DNA of 63,502 nt, counting the filler. It is 10 parts of 10 records of this genome, joined end to end, with 100 filler letters (N's around TTAATTAATTAA, not from the genome) between each part and the next. Parts side by side here need not be neighbours in the genome. Positions count along the whole stretch, not along the records: positions 43,755 to 48,582 come from SRR15195285_718; positions 48,683 to 53,215 come from SRR15195285_720; positions 53,316 to 58,590 come from SRR15195285_726; 7 more parts are not named here. The stretch is one strand, 5' to 3'. Below are positions 44,465 to 55,528 of the stretch, in pieces. Both the position numbers and the translations under genes were made by a program. Below the pieces are notes generated by a model, which was given only the letters and a program-made list of their open reading frames with translations, did no database searches and was not told the DNA's origin. Numbering within the stretch: position 1 is the stretch's first letter; the number at the start of each line of letters is the position of its first letter.

Positions 44465-47400
44465 ATGGACGGCGGCGTGGCGCCGCCTCCGGTGTCGCAC
44501 GTGGGCAGCGTGTCGCACGGCGGGGCGCAGGGCAGGTATATTGCGGAGGGCTGGCTGCATAAGCGCTCCTCGAACCACCACCTGCACAAGGACAAGTTCG
44601 TGAAGAGATGGTTCATGATCGAGAACACAGCGGTCGGGCCAGCGCTGTCGTACTGCCCGTCGCCCGACGACAGGACCCTCTCAAAGGATCCTCTCGTGCG
44701 TCGCCCCGCCTCATCCCACGCCGCCGCGAGACTCTCCTCCCGGCGCCCTTGCTGCGCCCGCCGCTCGTCGGCGCGCGGGATGGGCAGCCGCGCTGCTGGG
44801 GCGAGTCCGTGCGCGAGCAGTGCAGCCACGCTCGAGCCACGCCTTGATCGTCTGATACAGAAAGCTGACCCCTCCGACGCGCCCGTTCGCTCGCAGCCGC
44901 TGGACGACGTGCTGACTGTGCACGAGGGGTTCTCCGACAAAAAGTACAGCTGCGGGCTGGAGCACTGCGAGTTCCAGATCACGACGGAGCGGCAGGTTCT
45001 GCTGTTCCGCGCGGGCTCACGTGAGGAGCGTGATGCGTGGATCGAAAATCTCAAGCCGATCATGCAGGGGTACCTGCTACATGCGCTGATCACACAGCAC
45101 GGGGTGCGCACTCATCCGCTTCGACCGGTGACCTTTGCTAGCCCTCCGGGGCACCTGCTGCGCGCCTGGCTCGTGCCGCGGCAGCTTGAGCTGGCCTCCA
45201 AGCTCTCCGTTGTTCGGCTGCCTGTGATTGTCAGCGCACATGCGCCCAGAGCTCTGTGCATGACCTGAACCATCCCCGTTGCGCAGATCAAGCCGTTTAA
45301 AACGATGTGGTTCGTGCTGAAGGCGAACAAGCTACACTGCTTCAAGAAGCCAGACGATGTCAAGGTGGCGATGACATCGCTCACGGTGAGTAGCGTTGTC
45401 CTGCGCACCAAGGAGGAGGCCGGGATGACGGACGAGAACATCAGTGACGACTTGGACTTCCTGCTCTACTATGGCGACGACGTGCATCTGATCCGATGCG
45501 CAACCGAGGAAGATCGAGACGAGTGGGTTGAAAACCTGAGGATGACGCCCACCACACAGACGGGTCGCGTTTCTGGCTTTGAAGCCCACGGTCCAGTGGC
45601 GGCAGTGCAGTTTGGGGGAATGCGTGGGCCAGGGGAGTCCCACGCCAGCCCCCGTTTTGGCGGATTGAAGAAGGGCGCCAGGGTGCTCTCCAAAAAGATG
45701 GGCTCGGCGGCTGACCTGGTCGATGGGGCAGTGCACGGGAGCGTGAAGATGGGCAAAGGGGCAGTAGACATGGCTGGCGGGATTGCTGGCGGTGCCGTGC
45801 ACCTCGCAGGTTCCGCAGTTGGTATGGGCACTGATGATGAGGACGAAGAGTATTCGGGGGTGGGCCCGGGCAATGTCGTTCCGATACTAGAGGGCGGCAA
45901 AAAGATGGTCAACCCGATGGCTGGAGGCATCGGGGCGGGCGGCGACGATGACGGTGACGCCACGCCACCGCCGCCTCTGCCGGACCCCATGGCTGGCAGT
46001 AAACGACAGATCAATCCGATGAATGCCATGGGGCTGGGCCATATGGACGATGATAGCAGCAGCGACGACAGCGATGACGGCGTGCCGCTGCCGGGTGCAA
46101 GCGTTCCGTTGCCTGGAGGCGGCAGAGCTGGAGGAGGAGTTGGTGCAATGAGTGACTCGATGCAGTCGATGGACCTGGGGGCTGAAAGCGACGCCCCGTC
46201 GGTTGGTGGTGGCACAGATAGTATGAACGGCAGTTATGCCAGCGGTGGAAGTTATGCCAGTGGTGGTGGGGATGGTTCCGATGCCGGTGCGCCTTAGTCT
46301 GAAACTTGTGCTGGGTTCACTTTTCTCTCGCTGTCAAGAATCTGCTGGCTACTATTCCTCCGTCCTCGAGTGACGATACTTTGCGCCGTTGTCATGTGTT
46401 CAGAGCATTCGCGACGGGAGAGTAAAATTGATTCGGATTTGCTAGAGATTCCATATGAGGAGCTAGAGTTAGATAAGAAGATCGGGCGTGGATCATTCGG
46501 TAAGACGGGCAAACTACTGTGGCGCAAGATTGACCTGTCGACACAACTTCTGAGGCTGTCTATCTATTGCGCCCCTGTTCTGTCGATTGTCTCGCAGGTG
46601 AGGTGTACAAGTGTCATTGGAGAGGGACCACGATTGCCGTGAAGGTGTTGACAGACCAGGCGATGAACGAAGAAACGATGGCTGAGTTCAAGACGGAGGT
46701 TAACATGATGAACAAAGTGCGCCACCCGAACGTGGTGTTGCTGATGGGGATATGTAGCACGGCCCCACATTTGTCCATCATTACCGAGTACTTGCCGCGT
46801 GGGTCGATGTACCGCTTGCTACACCACACCCAAGTGCAGCTGGAGTTCCGGCGGCGGCTGAAAATGGCGATCGACATCTCCAAGGGCATGGCGTACCTAC
46901 ACTCGGCCACGCCAACCATCGTGCACCGAGACCTGAAATCACCGAACCTCCTGGTTGACGAGAATTTCACGGTCAAGATATGCGACTTCGGCTTGGCGCG
47001 TGTCAAGGAGAACACCTTCGTACAGACGATCAACGGCTGTGCGGGGACACCCAACTGGATGGCTCCAGAGGTCCTGCGGAACGAGAAGTTCACTGAGAAG
47101 GCAGATGTTTTCTCGATGGGGGTGATCCTCTGGGAGGTGAGTGAGACGAGTCAACCGCTCTCCCCACTGCTGTTAGAGCGGCTCGCTTCTCGTGAATCCA
47201 GTGCTTTCTCCCTGTACGGAGGCCGCAACAGAGGATGCCCTACAGAGGAACTGCCTTTCTTGCTTCTGTGCCTCGGCTTTTTGTTGATGATGCACGCTTG
47301 GTTCGCTGATGCGCTGCTGCGTGTTCTGAATGTTTGCAGTTGATCACACGACGAGAGCCTTACAAGGGAATGCAGCCGTTGCAGGTCATTGCAGCGGTCG

Positions 47401-47710
47401 TCTTCCAGGGCAAGCGCCTGCCACAGCCTCAAAAAACAGACCCACGGTGCGCCTCATCACGTGTCGCTGGTAGTCCTCACACATACACTCTTCACCATCG
47501 GCCCTTTGCCTGCGACTATATCGCTGATATACTGCATCACGGTGATTGCGCAGGTTGTGTGCGTTAATTGACAAGTGTTGGGCGGAAAATGCCGACCACC
47601 GTCCGGCCTACGCGACGATCCAAGAGATCCTGCAAGGCCTGTTTGCCGAGTCAGTGCAGCAGGCACAACGCCAACCGAAGGTTTCGACGACCGTCATCGG
47701 CAAAGCATGA
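44465..47710 (+). CDS. PH-PH-TKL (Raf/CTR1-like) protein kinase, 7 exons
   Basis: PH1: EGWLHKRS..KRWF..ERDAWI. PH2: QGYL..MWFVLK..DRDEWV. Kinase: GRGSFG|EVY, AVK, HRDLKSPN, DFG, GTPNWMAPE, CWAEN..RP. Introns 44696-44860, 45104-45286, 46287-46403, 46500-46597, 47137-47339 and 47447-47553; stop at 47708-47710. Confidence 0.92.
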
Positions 47711-48582
47711 GCGTGCTGCGTTTGGAGCTGGGAAGGACTAGGTGGTGGAGCGGCGCCACCTCTTCGGGTGCATGCTTGACATGCTTGGAGTCACAGTTCA
47801 ATGCGTAATTTATGGTATTGTCAGCTTAGTTCTTCGATGCCCTGTGGGCACAGTCACGGCCAGCCCGTGGTTAACACGCAATCGAACTGTCGCGCTGCGC
47901 GATGCACATGAGACAGCCCCGGGCTCTTTTGAAATTAGCATGGGGCGGTACGGCTAGCGGCGAGACGGCTGCCGACGGTGCGAGCGCCACAGACACTGGT
48001 GCCAGCAGCGAGACGGCTGCCGTCGGCATGTGCACCGTCGGCCAGGAGATTGTCTACTTCAATGCTGTGACGGTCGAGCCTCACAAGTTCGAGGCGGACA
48101 GGCCAACCTGTCCGACCACCGACCGCGAGACCCACGAACGGTGGAAGACAAAGCGGTTCAGACCGCAGAGCGAGATGTGCCACACAAACCGAGTCCAAGC
48201 TCGCCGCTCAACTTCTCCTTGCGTGACGTCCGTTCCGCAGGTCGCAGTCGAGGCCGTCGCCGGCCGATCCGACTACTGGTGTCTGCGTATCGCAGCAGCG
48301 ATGACGACAGAGGTGCATGGCGAGGCGAGCTGTGCAGAAAGAAGGTGGTTCAGACCACCAAGCATCATGTCACAAAAAATCGAGTCCAAGCTCGCCACTC
48401 GCCGTCTCCTTTTGCGCACTGTCCTTCCCACTTGTCCTCCTCAAAGAGGATCGCAGCCCCAGCTGCTCGCCTCCACAGACTGCAGCCCGGCGCAGCCCCT
48501 CAACCACACACCACAGCGCTTCGTGGCACCACCAGCCTGGTGCTCCGGTGCTTCGGCCCCCACGTAACCCAGCAAACCAGGC

Positions 48583-48682
48583 NNNNNNNNNNNNNNNNNN
48601 NNNNNNNNNNNNNNNNNNNNNNNNNNTTAATTAATTAANNNNNNNNNNNNNNNNNNNNNNNNNNNNNNNNNNNNNNNNNNNN
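48583..48682. other. Artificial contig linker
   Basis: N-run/TTAATTAATTAA/N-run. Confidence 0.97.
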
Positions 48683-49443
48683 CTCTAATCTCCGATTAGA
48701 ATATTCCTCGAGCATGGACGGAGCATCCAAACGGAAACGCCGCGGGGACAGTCGCGCCGGTGGCCCGGTGCGCCGCGGATGATCGCGGTGATTACGACGA
48801 TGACGGCGCGTTGAAGCATGTGGGATACGATATGGCAGACAGACCACTGAGCGCTGCCCCATAGCCATACAGACGAGCGCGTGTGCACATAGGAGTGTCA
48901 GGCTACAGATGATGCAACAGGACGCTGCCCGTACAGACGCGCGCGTGTGCAGATAGGAGTGCCATTTATCCACAGATAAATCGGCGTACCGGGTGCGGAC
49001 GGATGGCTGTGCGCTTCTCATACAGATGAGTGTGTACATAGGAGCGCCACACCACGGTTGAGCGCCGCATAGGTGTGTTATAGTGCCGCATAGGAGTGCT
49101 GAAGTGTCACATCGGACAGGAGTGCCACACATAGAAGGGCTCCACCCGACGGAGGGAGGTGTGCTGGTGGTGGCGATGAGATGCTCATGAGCGTCTGGAG
49201 ATGACAGCCACGGTGACGCCGGTGGGTGGCAGCCCGGACTATGCGGCCGAGCAAGACAGGGAAACGGACAAGCTGCATGAGGGTATGGATTACTGCCGCG
49301 AGGATGGTCGCCACACTTGGGTACGTACACTGCTTGCCACCTCGCTTCAATGTGGCATGCGTGTGTCATGCTGACCGACCGTGTGGGCGGTACGTGCGCG
49401 CGGTCAGGCGAAGCAGCGGCACCATCTGTACCTAGAGAAGCAA

Positions 49444-50826
49444 ATGGAGCACGTGCATACCACGCAATCTGCTGCGGCTGATCGCTTCGCCGCGTTCTGC
49501 ATGTGCCTGGGCTTCGGTGGCCTGCACGGTGGACACTGGATATTCCTGGCAGCGAAATCTCGAGCAGCGCGCGCCAAAACGCACATCGGCGACCCCGCAC
49601 AGCCGCGCATCGCGCAGGTGGTACCATGCGCCGCAGGGCAAGAAATCGCCGTGTTTGTTGAACCCCCGCCAACGAGGGTCGGCTGTGCGCTTTGTGGGAA
49701 GGCCGTGGCTTGCGATCCGTGTGGCATTGATTTCTCGGTCGGGCCGCAAGCCATTCCGTGCGAGCATGCGTTTTGCCGGCACTGCTTGGAGGCAGAGTTA
49801 GCTGTGACGTGGGGCTGCCCGACGTGTGGCGACAACCCGGTTTGGAAGTTCGAGACAAGATGGAAAGGGCTCAATGACGTAGTGGAAACACGGGATGCTG
49901 TTGTAGACGAAATCGCTGCCCTCCGCTGCCACTGTCGTCACGGTTGTCGCTGTGCATGGGGCGATACCAGGCACGAGCACACTGTCGACATGCCAGTAGA
50001 GCTTAGCACTGAGCGTCAGGCACAGGTGCGTGCAGAACTGTTGGCTCTCCGAAACGTTGGCGAGGCCCTTGGCCCACCAGGTGGAGAGAATGAGCGGCAC
50101 CATCGAAAGGCTCTCATGGCGCGGTTAGCCGTGGTGGACAATTTGGAGGGTGTGAACACTGGCCAGCGTCGGCGGTTGCTGCAGCAGCACGCACAGGAGG
50201 TAGAACAGCTGCTTACGACGAGGCATACAGAACTCGGCTGGTCCGCAAATGATGATGGCTGTGGCGCAGTGGTACCACTGGGGGGCCGAGAAGGGCATCA
50301 AAAGCATTGCTACAAGGCAGTGGCATATGAGACAACATGCATTCGGCACGCTGCTCTATACTGGGTGGCGAACACAGCATTCATACTGCTGTGGGCCGTG
50401 TTCTTGCTGCCAGAGGTGTGGCGCTGCCAGGAGGATACTGCGGCAGCCTTGCGCAGTGAGGGCTTTTCAGGACCGGTAAGGGAACAATTGGCTGAGAAGG
50501 AGTGCCTCGTGTGGACGCGCTGGGAGTTTCATTACGCTGTCGGTTGGGTATTGCAGCTTGTGTTAGGCTGCATCAGCGTGACACACTGGGCGCTTGATCT
50601 GCTGATGATACAGATGCACGCCAGCGCAATCGCACGACAGCAGCGGCTCCGACTGCTGCCAGACCTCACTAATTGTTGTGGAATCAGGCAACAAGGGAGC
50701 CGATGCGGATGGCTGGATGCGTGCTTGCAGGTGCGGCTAGCGGAGAGCTGGTCCTTTGCAATCGTCTTCGTTTTTGGTGCAGGGATTGGAGGACTGTGGA
50801 CAGTCTGGGATCTAGGATTTCTTTGA
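49444..50826 (+). CDS. Membrane protein with C3HC4 RING and TRAF-like zinc finger, TM2-like N-terminus
   Basis: RING: CALC..PCEHAFCRHC..CPTC. TRAF-like: CRHGC..GCGAVVPL..HQKHC. Hydrophobic segments lie at both ends. Confidence 0.7.
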   Translation: MEHVHTTQSAAADRFAAFCMCLGFGGLHGGHWIFLAAKSRAARAKTHIGDPAQPRIAQVVPCAAGQEIAVFVEPPPTRVGCALCGKAVACDPCGIDFSVGPQAIPCEHAFCRHCLEAELAVTWGCPTCGDNPVWKFETRWKGLNDVVETRDAVVDEIAALRCHCRHGCRCAWGDTRHEHTVDMPVELSTERQAQVRAELLALRNVGEALGPPGGENERHHRKALMARLAVVDNLEGVNTGQRRRLLQQHAQEVEQLLTTRHTELGWSANDDGCGAVVPLGGREGHQKHCYKAVAYETTCIRHAALYWVANTAFILLWAVFLLPEVWRCQEDTAAALRSEGFSGPVREQLAEKECLVWTRWEFHYAVGWVLQLVLGCISVTHWALDLLMIQMHASAIARQQRLRLLPDLTNCCGIRQQGSRCGWLDACLQVRLAESWSFAIVFVFGAGIGGLWTVWDLGFL

Positions 50827-50904
50827 GTACTCAATCACGCACCGCATGTATTCCAATGCAGAGCCATTGCACTGCCTCCAGCTGACTGCGATTCAAGCTT
50901 CTGC

Positions 50905-52919
50905 TCACATCTGGGCCATGCTCTGAGTGCCGAAGCGTGTTGGGTCCATGTCCATCCGGTTGCTCGTCGGGATCGCCATACCTGGTGACAGGTTCTCTGG
51001 ATCGATGTGATCTGCTACGTGGTTTAGATGAGCACGGAGCTGAAGTGCTGCACCGATGCCCTGAAACCGTGGTAACGAAATCTTAGACTGTCCGTTTCGA
51101 AAAACAAGAACTATGCTGGCATACAGCGTCTCAGAATACAGTGTCTCAGAATCGCACCATATCTCGCGGGCAACATATTCTGTCACGCGTGTATCGCAGC
51201 GCCCCCGCACCACTAGCGCCGTCTTGACTTGCGCCATCAGGGGCTTCACCAGAGCCGTTGAGTCTGCCCAACAACGCAGCGACTGTGGCGCGAAAAGCCG
51301 CATCCTACAGGCGGAAACGTTGTCCATCTCAGGTTTCTACATTCCGTCTCCCATCCAAAGAACTTCACTAGGGACTCACCGCAGCGTCCGGGCTGGATCC
51401 TGCAGCAGCTGCAGAGGACGAGACGATATTTTCATGGTGCTGAATCAGCGCCAGTGCTGCCTCCGTGCGATCGGCGTCCGACTGATCTGATCCGATGGGG
51501 GCTGACATCGCGAATCAAACACAATCAGATGAGCAACAGAGGAAACGCAGAGGCACCATGCTGCAGATTTGACGGTAGGGAGGCCGAGAGGATATCGCAC
51601 CAGGCTCGAGTGTGTTCGGCGTCAGCGGCAGTTGCCAAGCAACACCTGCGCCAACCACGCAACAGTTCCAAATTCAATCGCTCTGAATCTGCATGGAAGA
51701 TTCTATATTCACTCACCGTCCGTGCCGTCAATCGACGCAGCTGCAGCCACCTGTTCTGGCGTGCCCGAGGCGAGGCACCCGCCGATTTGGGGGGGCAAGT
51801 CGTGTACGTGGGTGTGATAATCACTTTGCGTAGCACTGAGACAGCAGACGGTCTCAGCACACAAGCTTCTGGCATTACCACAGATAATGTCTGTGCTCGT
51901 ACCGATATGCTGGACGGCTTTCCATAGCTGCAAACCAGCTGTCCACGTGTGCCCACCTCCCAGCGCCCTTCACCTGCACCCCCTTATAGTACAGGATTGA
52001 AGCAGAGATTCGCTCGAGTGACGACGCAAAGATGCAGTCTGCTAGAGACACTTCGGCGCCACCAAAATAGGGGCCACCACCATTGCTGGCCAGGAGTGCG
52101 TCAGTTTTGTCCATCGCGTGCTCAAAGCCCTTGCGTGCGCGTGGTGACTCATCCGCCCGTAGCCAGCGAAGCCAGCTGCCGAACAGATCTCGCTCCATGG
52201 CCATCTGAGCATCCGTCGTCTTGCGTGCAGGGGAGCCACGAGGAGCGAGCAGTGGCGTGTAGTCTGGAAATGTATCCTCAAGCTCTTGCATGATAACGCT
52301 GGATTCAGTGATGACACGGCCGTCGATTTCTACCACCGGAAGCATCCCCGCGCCCCGCGTCAGGCGTAGAAAGTCTTTTTTCTTCGGACCATAACTACCA
52401 CAGCGAGCGAGCACGACGCTGAGCCATGTGCCCGCAATAGTGCGCTTTACTCGCAGCAGCCCGGACAGACAGCTGCCCTGGGAGTACGAATGCCCAGTCA
52501 ATTGACCCAGTGGACAACTGTGGTGGTGGCTATGATCGTCTTCGTACCATCTCATGTTGATCTTCTCGACGCGGTAAGGCACCCTCTTCTCTTCGAGCTG
52601 CAGCCATACTTTGTGGCAGTACCTGGTCCGACCAACACCTCTCGTGTCGATCAGCTGCCGCTCGCATGACAGGCAAGACAAAGAGCACCACTCTTGAGCG
52701 GGGTTCCCACGGGCACCACGCGTGCGTATCTCTGTACAGCGTCACGCGCACGTTCGCCGGCACTTCCCCGAAGGTCCGCATCCGGGCTTGCGCAGACGGC
52801 GCACCCTCCTCGCTGCCGCCCCGCCGCCCCGCCGCAGTCATCACCTCCGCACCGATCGCCGCAGCCGCCTGCTTCGCGATCTCAGCCAGCACCGCCCAGG
52901 ACGGCGCGGCGGCGAGCAT
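50905..52919 (-). CDS. Glutathione S-transferase, cyanobacterial/algal CPYC type (multi-exon)
   Basis: Spliced sequence reads [37 protein letters not shown]|YGPK, then [26 protein letters not shown], and YTRDRICCPRDM|GIGAALQLR. Confidence 0.88.
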
Positions 52920-53215
52920 TATACACACTCTGCTCCAACCACACGGTGGGCTGAGAACACTCTGCACGAACCACCGTGTTGTTGTTCGGAAGTGCGAACG
53001 TCACCTGCAGTCGCGTGCGTGGTCGCGCCGCGCGGCCGCGGACGCGTGGCCACGTGGGTGCGCACTCAGCGGCACTGTCTGTCGCCCCCCCGGCTCGGGG
53101 CTCGCTGCCTGCCAGCCACACACACACACCGGCCGCAGATCGAGGGCCGCGAAGTGCCGATAAGCGGATAAGGACCTAAGAGACGTCCGAAAAAGTCTCC
53201 TCGGGAGACTTTTTG

Positions 53216-53315
53216 NNNNNNNNNNNNNNNNNNNNNNNNNNNNNNNNNNNNNNNNNNNNTTAATTAATTAANNNNNNNNNNNNNNNNNNNNNNNNNNNNN
53301 NNNNNNNNNNNNNNN
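53216..53315. other. Artificial contig linker
   Basis: N-run/TTAATTAATTAA/N-run. Confidence 0.97.
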
Positions 53316-54539
53316 ATTACGATGCGATGGAAGAGCTTGATTAGCGCCCGCATTCCCGAAATGAATTTTGGAACCTACCGTACGGTACTCTTGATCTTAT
53401 GCAAGACGCCTCAATACTCCTTTTGCTGCCGCACTGGCACTCACCACCCAGCCTCCGAAGCCGGTCTCTGCACCAGCCCCTGCTAGTACCACCCCAGGCG
53501 CGCTGGGCGCCGCAGCACCGTGGCGGGAGACTTATCAGCGGATGCCTCCTGAAAACACTTGAGAGTTCCACCTACTCATAGTCTTCGTGTGTGGAGGTCG
53601 CATTTTCCGCCCTCCTTGGGCGAAGCCCTAGGGGCGTATGCCACGTGCCGCTTCGGTGGGCGATAGGCCAATATCCCCGCTGCCGTGGTAAGAGGCCCCC
53701 CGTGGCCAGGCGGGCCGCCCCCTGTGTGCGAGCACAGGCGTTGTGTTGTTTTGTACATGTCAACTTATCCGAACAGCTGGAACGTCTTCGATGAACATCA
53801 CACGCACTTTCATCACAATGTGATTCCGGGTTGGGTCAAGGCACAAGAGGATAAATTGCCCCCTCAATTTTCTCTGGCCTGCAATGGATCGAGAGAGCCC
53901 CAGTCAAATTCCCCAGTGTTCCAACATCGATGCCATTCAAAAAGTCCCCATCCGATCGAGACAATCGCGGCCGCCACTCAAACCCCCAGTCAAATCCCCC
54001 CGCCAGCGATAGCAAAATGGGTGGCGGACTGCCGAGAACTCAAATCATTTTGACTGCGGTCGAACCGGATTTGTATCTGAGTTTGACTGGCGGATGAAAG
54101 AGACGGTGGAGAAATCGAAGTTCTATCTGTGTCGATTCAGAAATTCGGACTTGAATTTCTATCCGAAATTGGCTATCTCGATTTTGGACCCAGAACACCA
54201 GAATCCTCATTTTCTGACAAAGCAACGCCGTCATTGGACATACCAGCTCGATTCTCAGTACACCCTGGCGACGCCCGAAGTTATATACCTCTCCGAGAGT
54301 AATATTTTCCAATACAAGCTTCGGAAATGTTGAAAGAAAATTACACCGGCGCTTGGTATTGCAGAAATGAGAATCGACCTGGATAAATGATCTTGCGTGT
54401 GTTTGACCAACATGGCAGGTCTCCCGAATCCCCTGCCGGATGGAGAGACGGTGGACGGTGGCGAATCGAATCTCTCATTGTCACCAACAACGCACAGAAC
54501 GCCAAGCACCACCACCACAACACCTCTCTCTCTTTCACT

Positions 54540-55248
54540 ATGGGCAAGGGCTTCGGCGATGGCGGCAAGAGCGGCGGCAAGGGCAAGGCGGGCGAGCCGA
54601 AGAAGCCGGTGACGCGCTCGGCGCGCGCGGGTCTGCAGGTGCGCGGGGGGTGGTTTTGTGTTGTGTCGATAGGTTTTGGGATGAGTTCGGCGCGATTGGG
54701 CAGCAAGGGGCGCGGGACGCTGCTGCTTGCCGGGGTTGCGGCCGCCGGCCCCACGCCACACAGCCTCGCTACACTACGCGCGCCACACACGCGACCGCCG
54801 CGTCGTGCCCTCTGCTTGGGGCGCGCCCGCCGCCACATCTTCATTGCTGCGTGCCCCCGTCGCGGGAGTATTGCTGGATTTTTTTTGTCGGCCTCCGCCA
54901 CCGGCTGACATCATGGCTGCCGTGCTGTTGTCGCAGTTCCCCGTGGGCCGCATCCACCGCTTCCTGAAGAACACCGTGACGGCCAAGGGCCGCGTTGGCG
55001 CCACCGCTGCTGTGTACAGCGCCGCCATCCTGGAGTACCTCACCGCTGAGGTGCTCGAGCTCGCGGGCAACGCCTCCAAGGACCTGAAGGTCAAGCGCAT
55101 CACGCCGCGTCACTTGCAGCTCGCCATCCGCGGTGACGAGGAGCTCGACACCCTCATCAAGGCCACGATCGCTGGCGGTGGTGTCATCCCGCACATCCAC
55201 AAGTCGCTCCTGACCAAGGCGCGCTCCAAGAAGAGCTCAAGCGATTAA
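54540..55248 (+). CDS. H2AZ: Histone H2A.Z
   Basis: Exon 1 54540-54638 (..SARAGLQ) and exon 2 54937-55248 ([81 protein letters not shown]), diagnostic for H2A.Z. Confidence 0.97.
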
Positions 55249-55435
55249 ATCTGACCAGTGGTGCGTCGCTCCCGGCGCTGCCGACCTCGCTGCCGACCGC
55301 TGGCGCTGACGCGGCGGGTCTCGTTCGTGCAGGGCTATGCTGTCGTCGACGGTGGAGACGGGCGCCACTTTGTTTCGATGTGACCTGTCCCCATGGTGCG
55401 GCACTGTGCACGTGCCGGCTACCAGCGGGGGGAAC

Positions 55436-55441
55436 AATAAA
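55436..55441 (+). promoter_or_regulatory. Candidate polyadenylation signal AATAAA
   Basis: AATAAA lies ~190 nt after the H2A.Z stop codon. Confidence 0.4.
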
Positions 55442-55528
55442 GACCCAAAACTACGTGTATTCCGCACGCTTGTACACAATCCACGCCGCGCGCGCGCTGT
55501 GCCGTCCCCAGCCAGCGCGCGGTCAGGG

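Noticed and set aside
48850-49135. CRISPR array
   Set aside because: Repeats are too divergent, spacers are irregular, there are no cas genes, and the context is eukaryotic.
48635-49858. 407-aa minus-strand ORF and many other long antisense ORFs (e.g. 2765-3709, 41510-42505, 62130-63299)
   Set aside because: Shadow ORFs expected at high GC; they have no motifs and overlap better-supported genes.
6680-55248. Functional linkage between the GT-SNF2 gene and H2A.Z (SWR1-like system)
   Set aside because: They are on different contigs, and the SNF2 lacks the SWR1/INO80 split-ATPase insertion.
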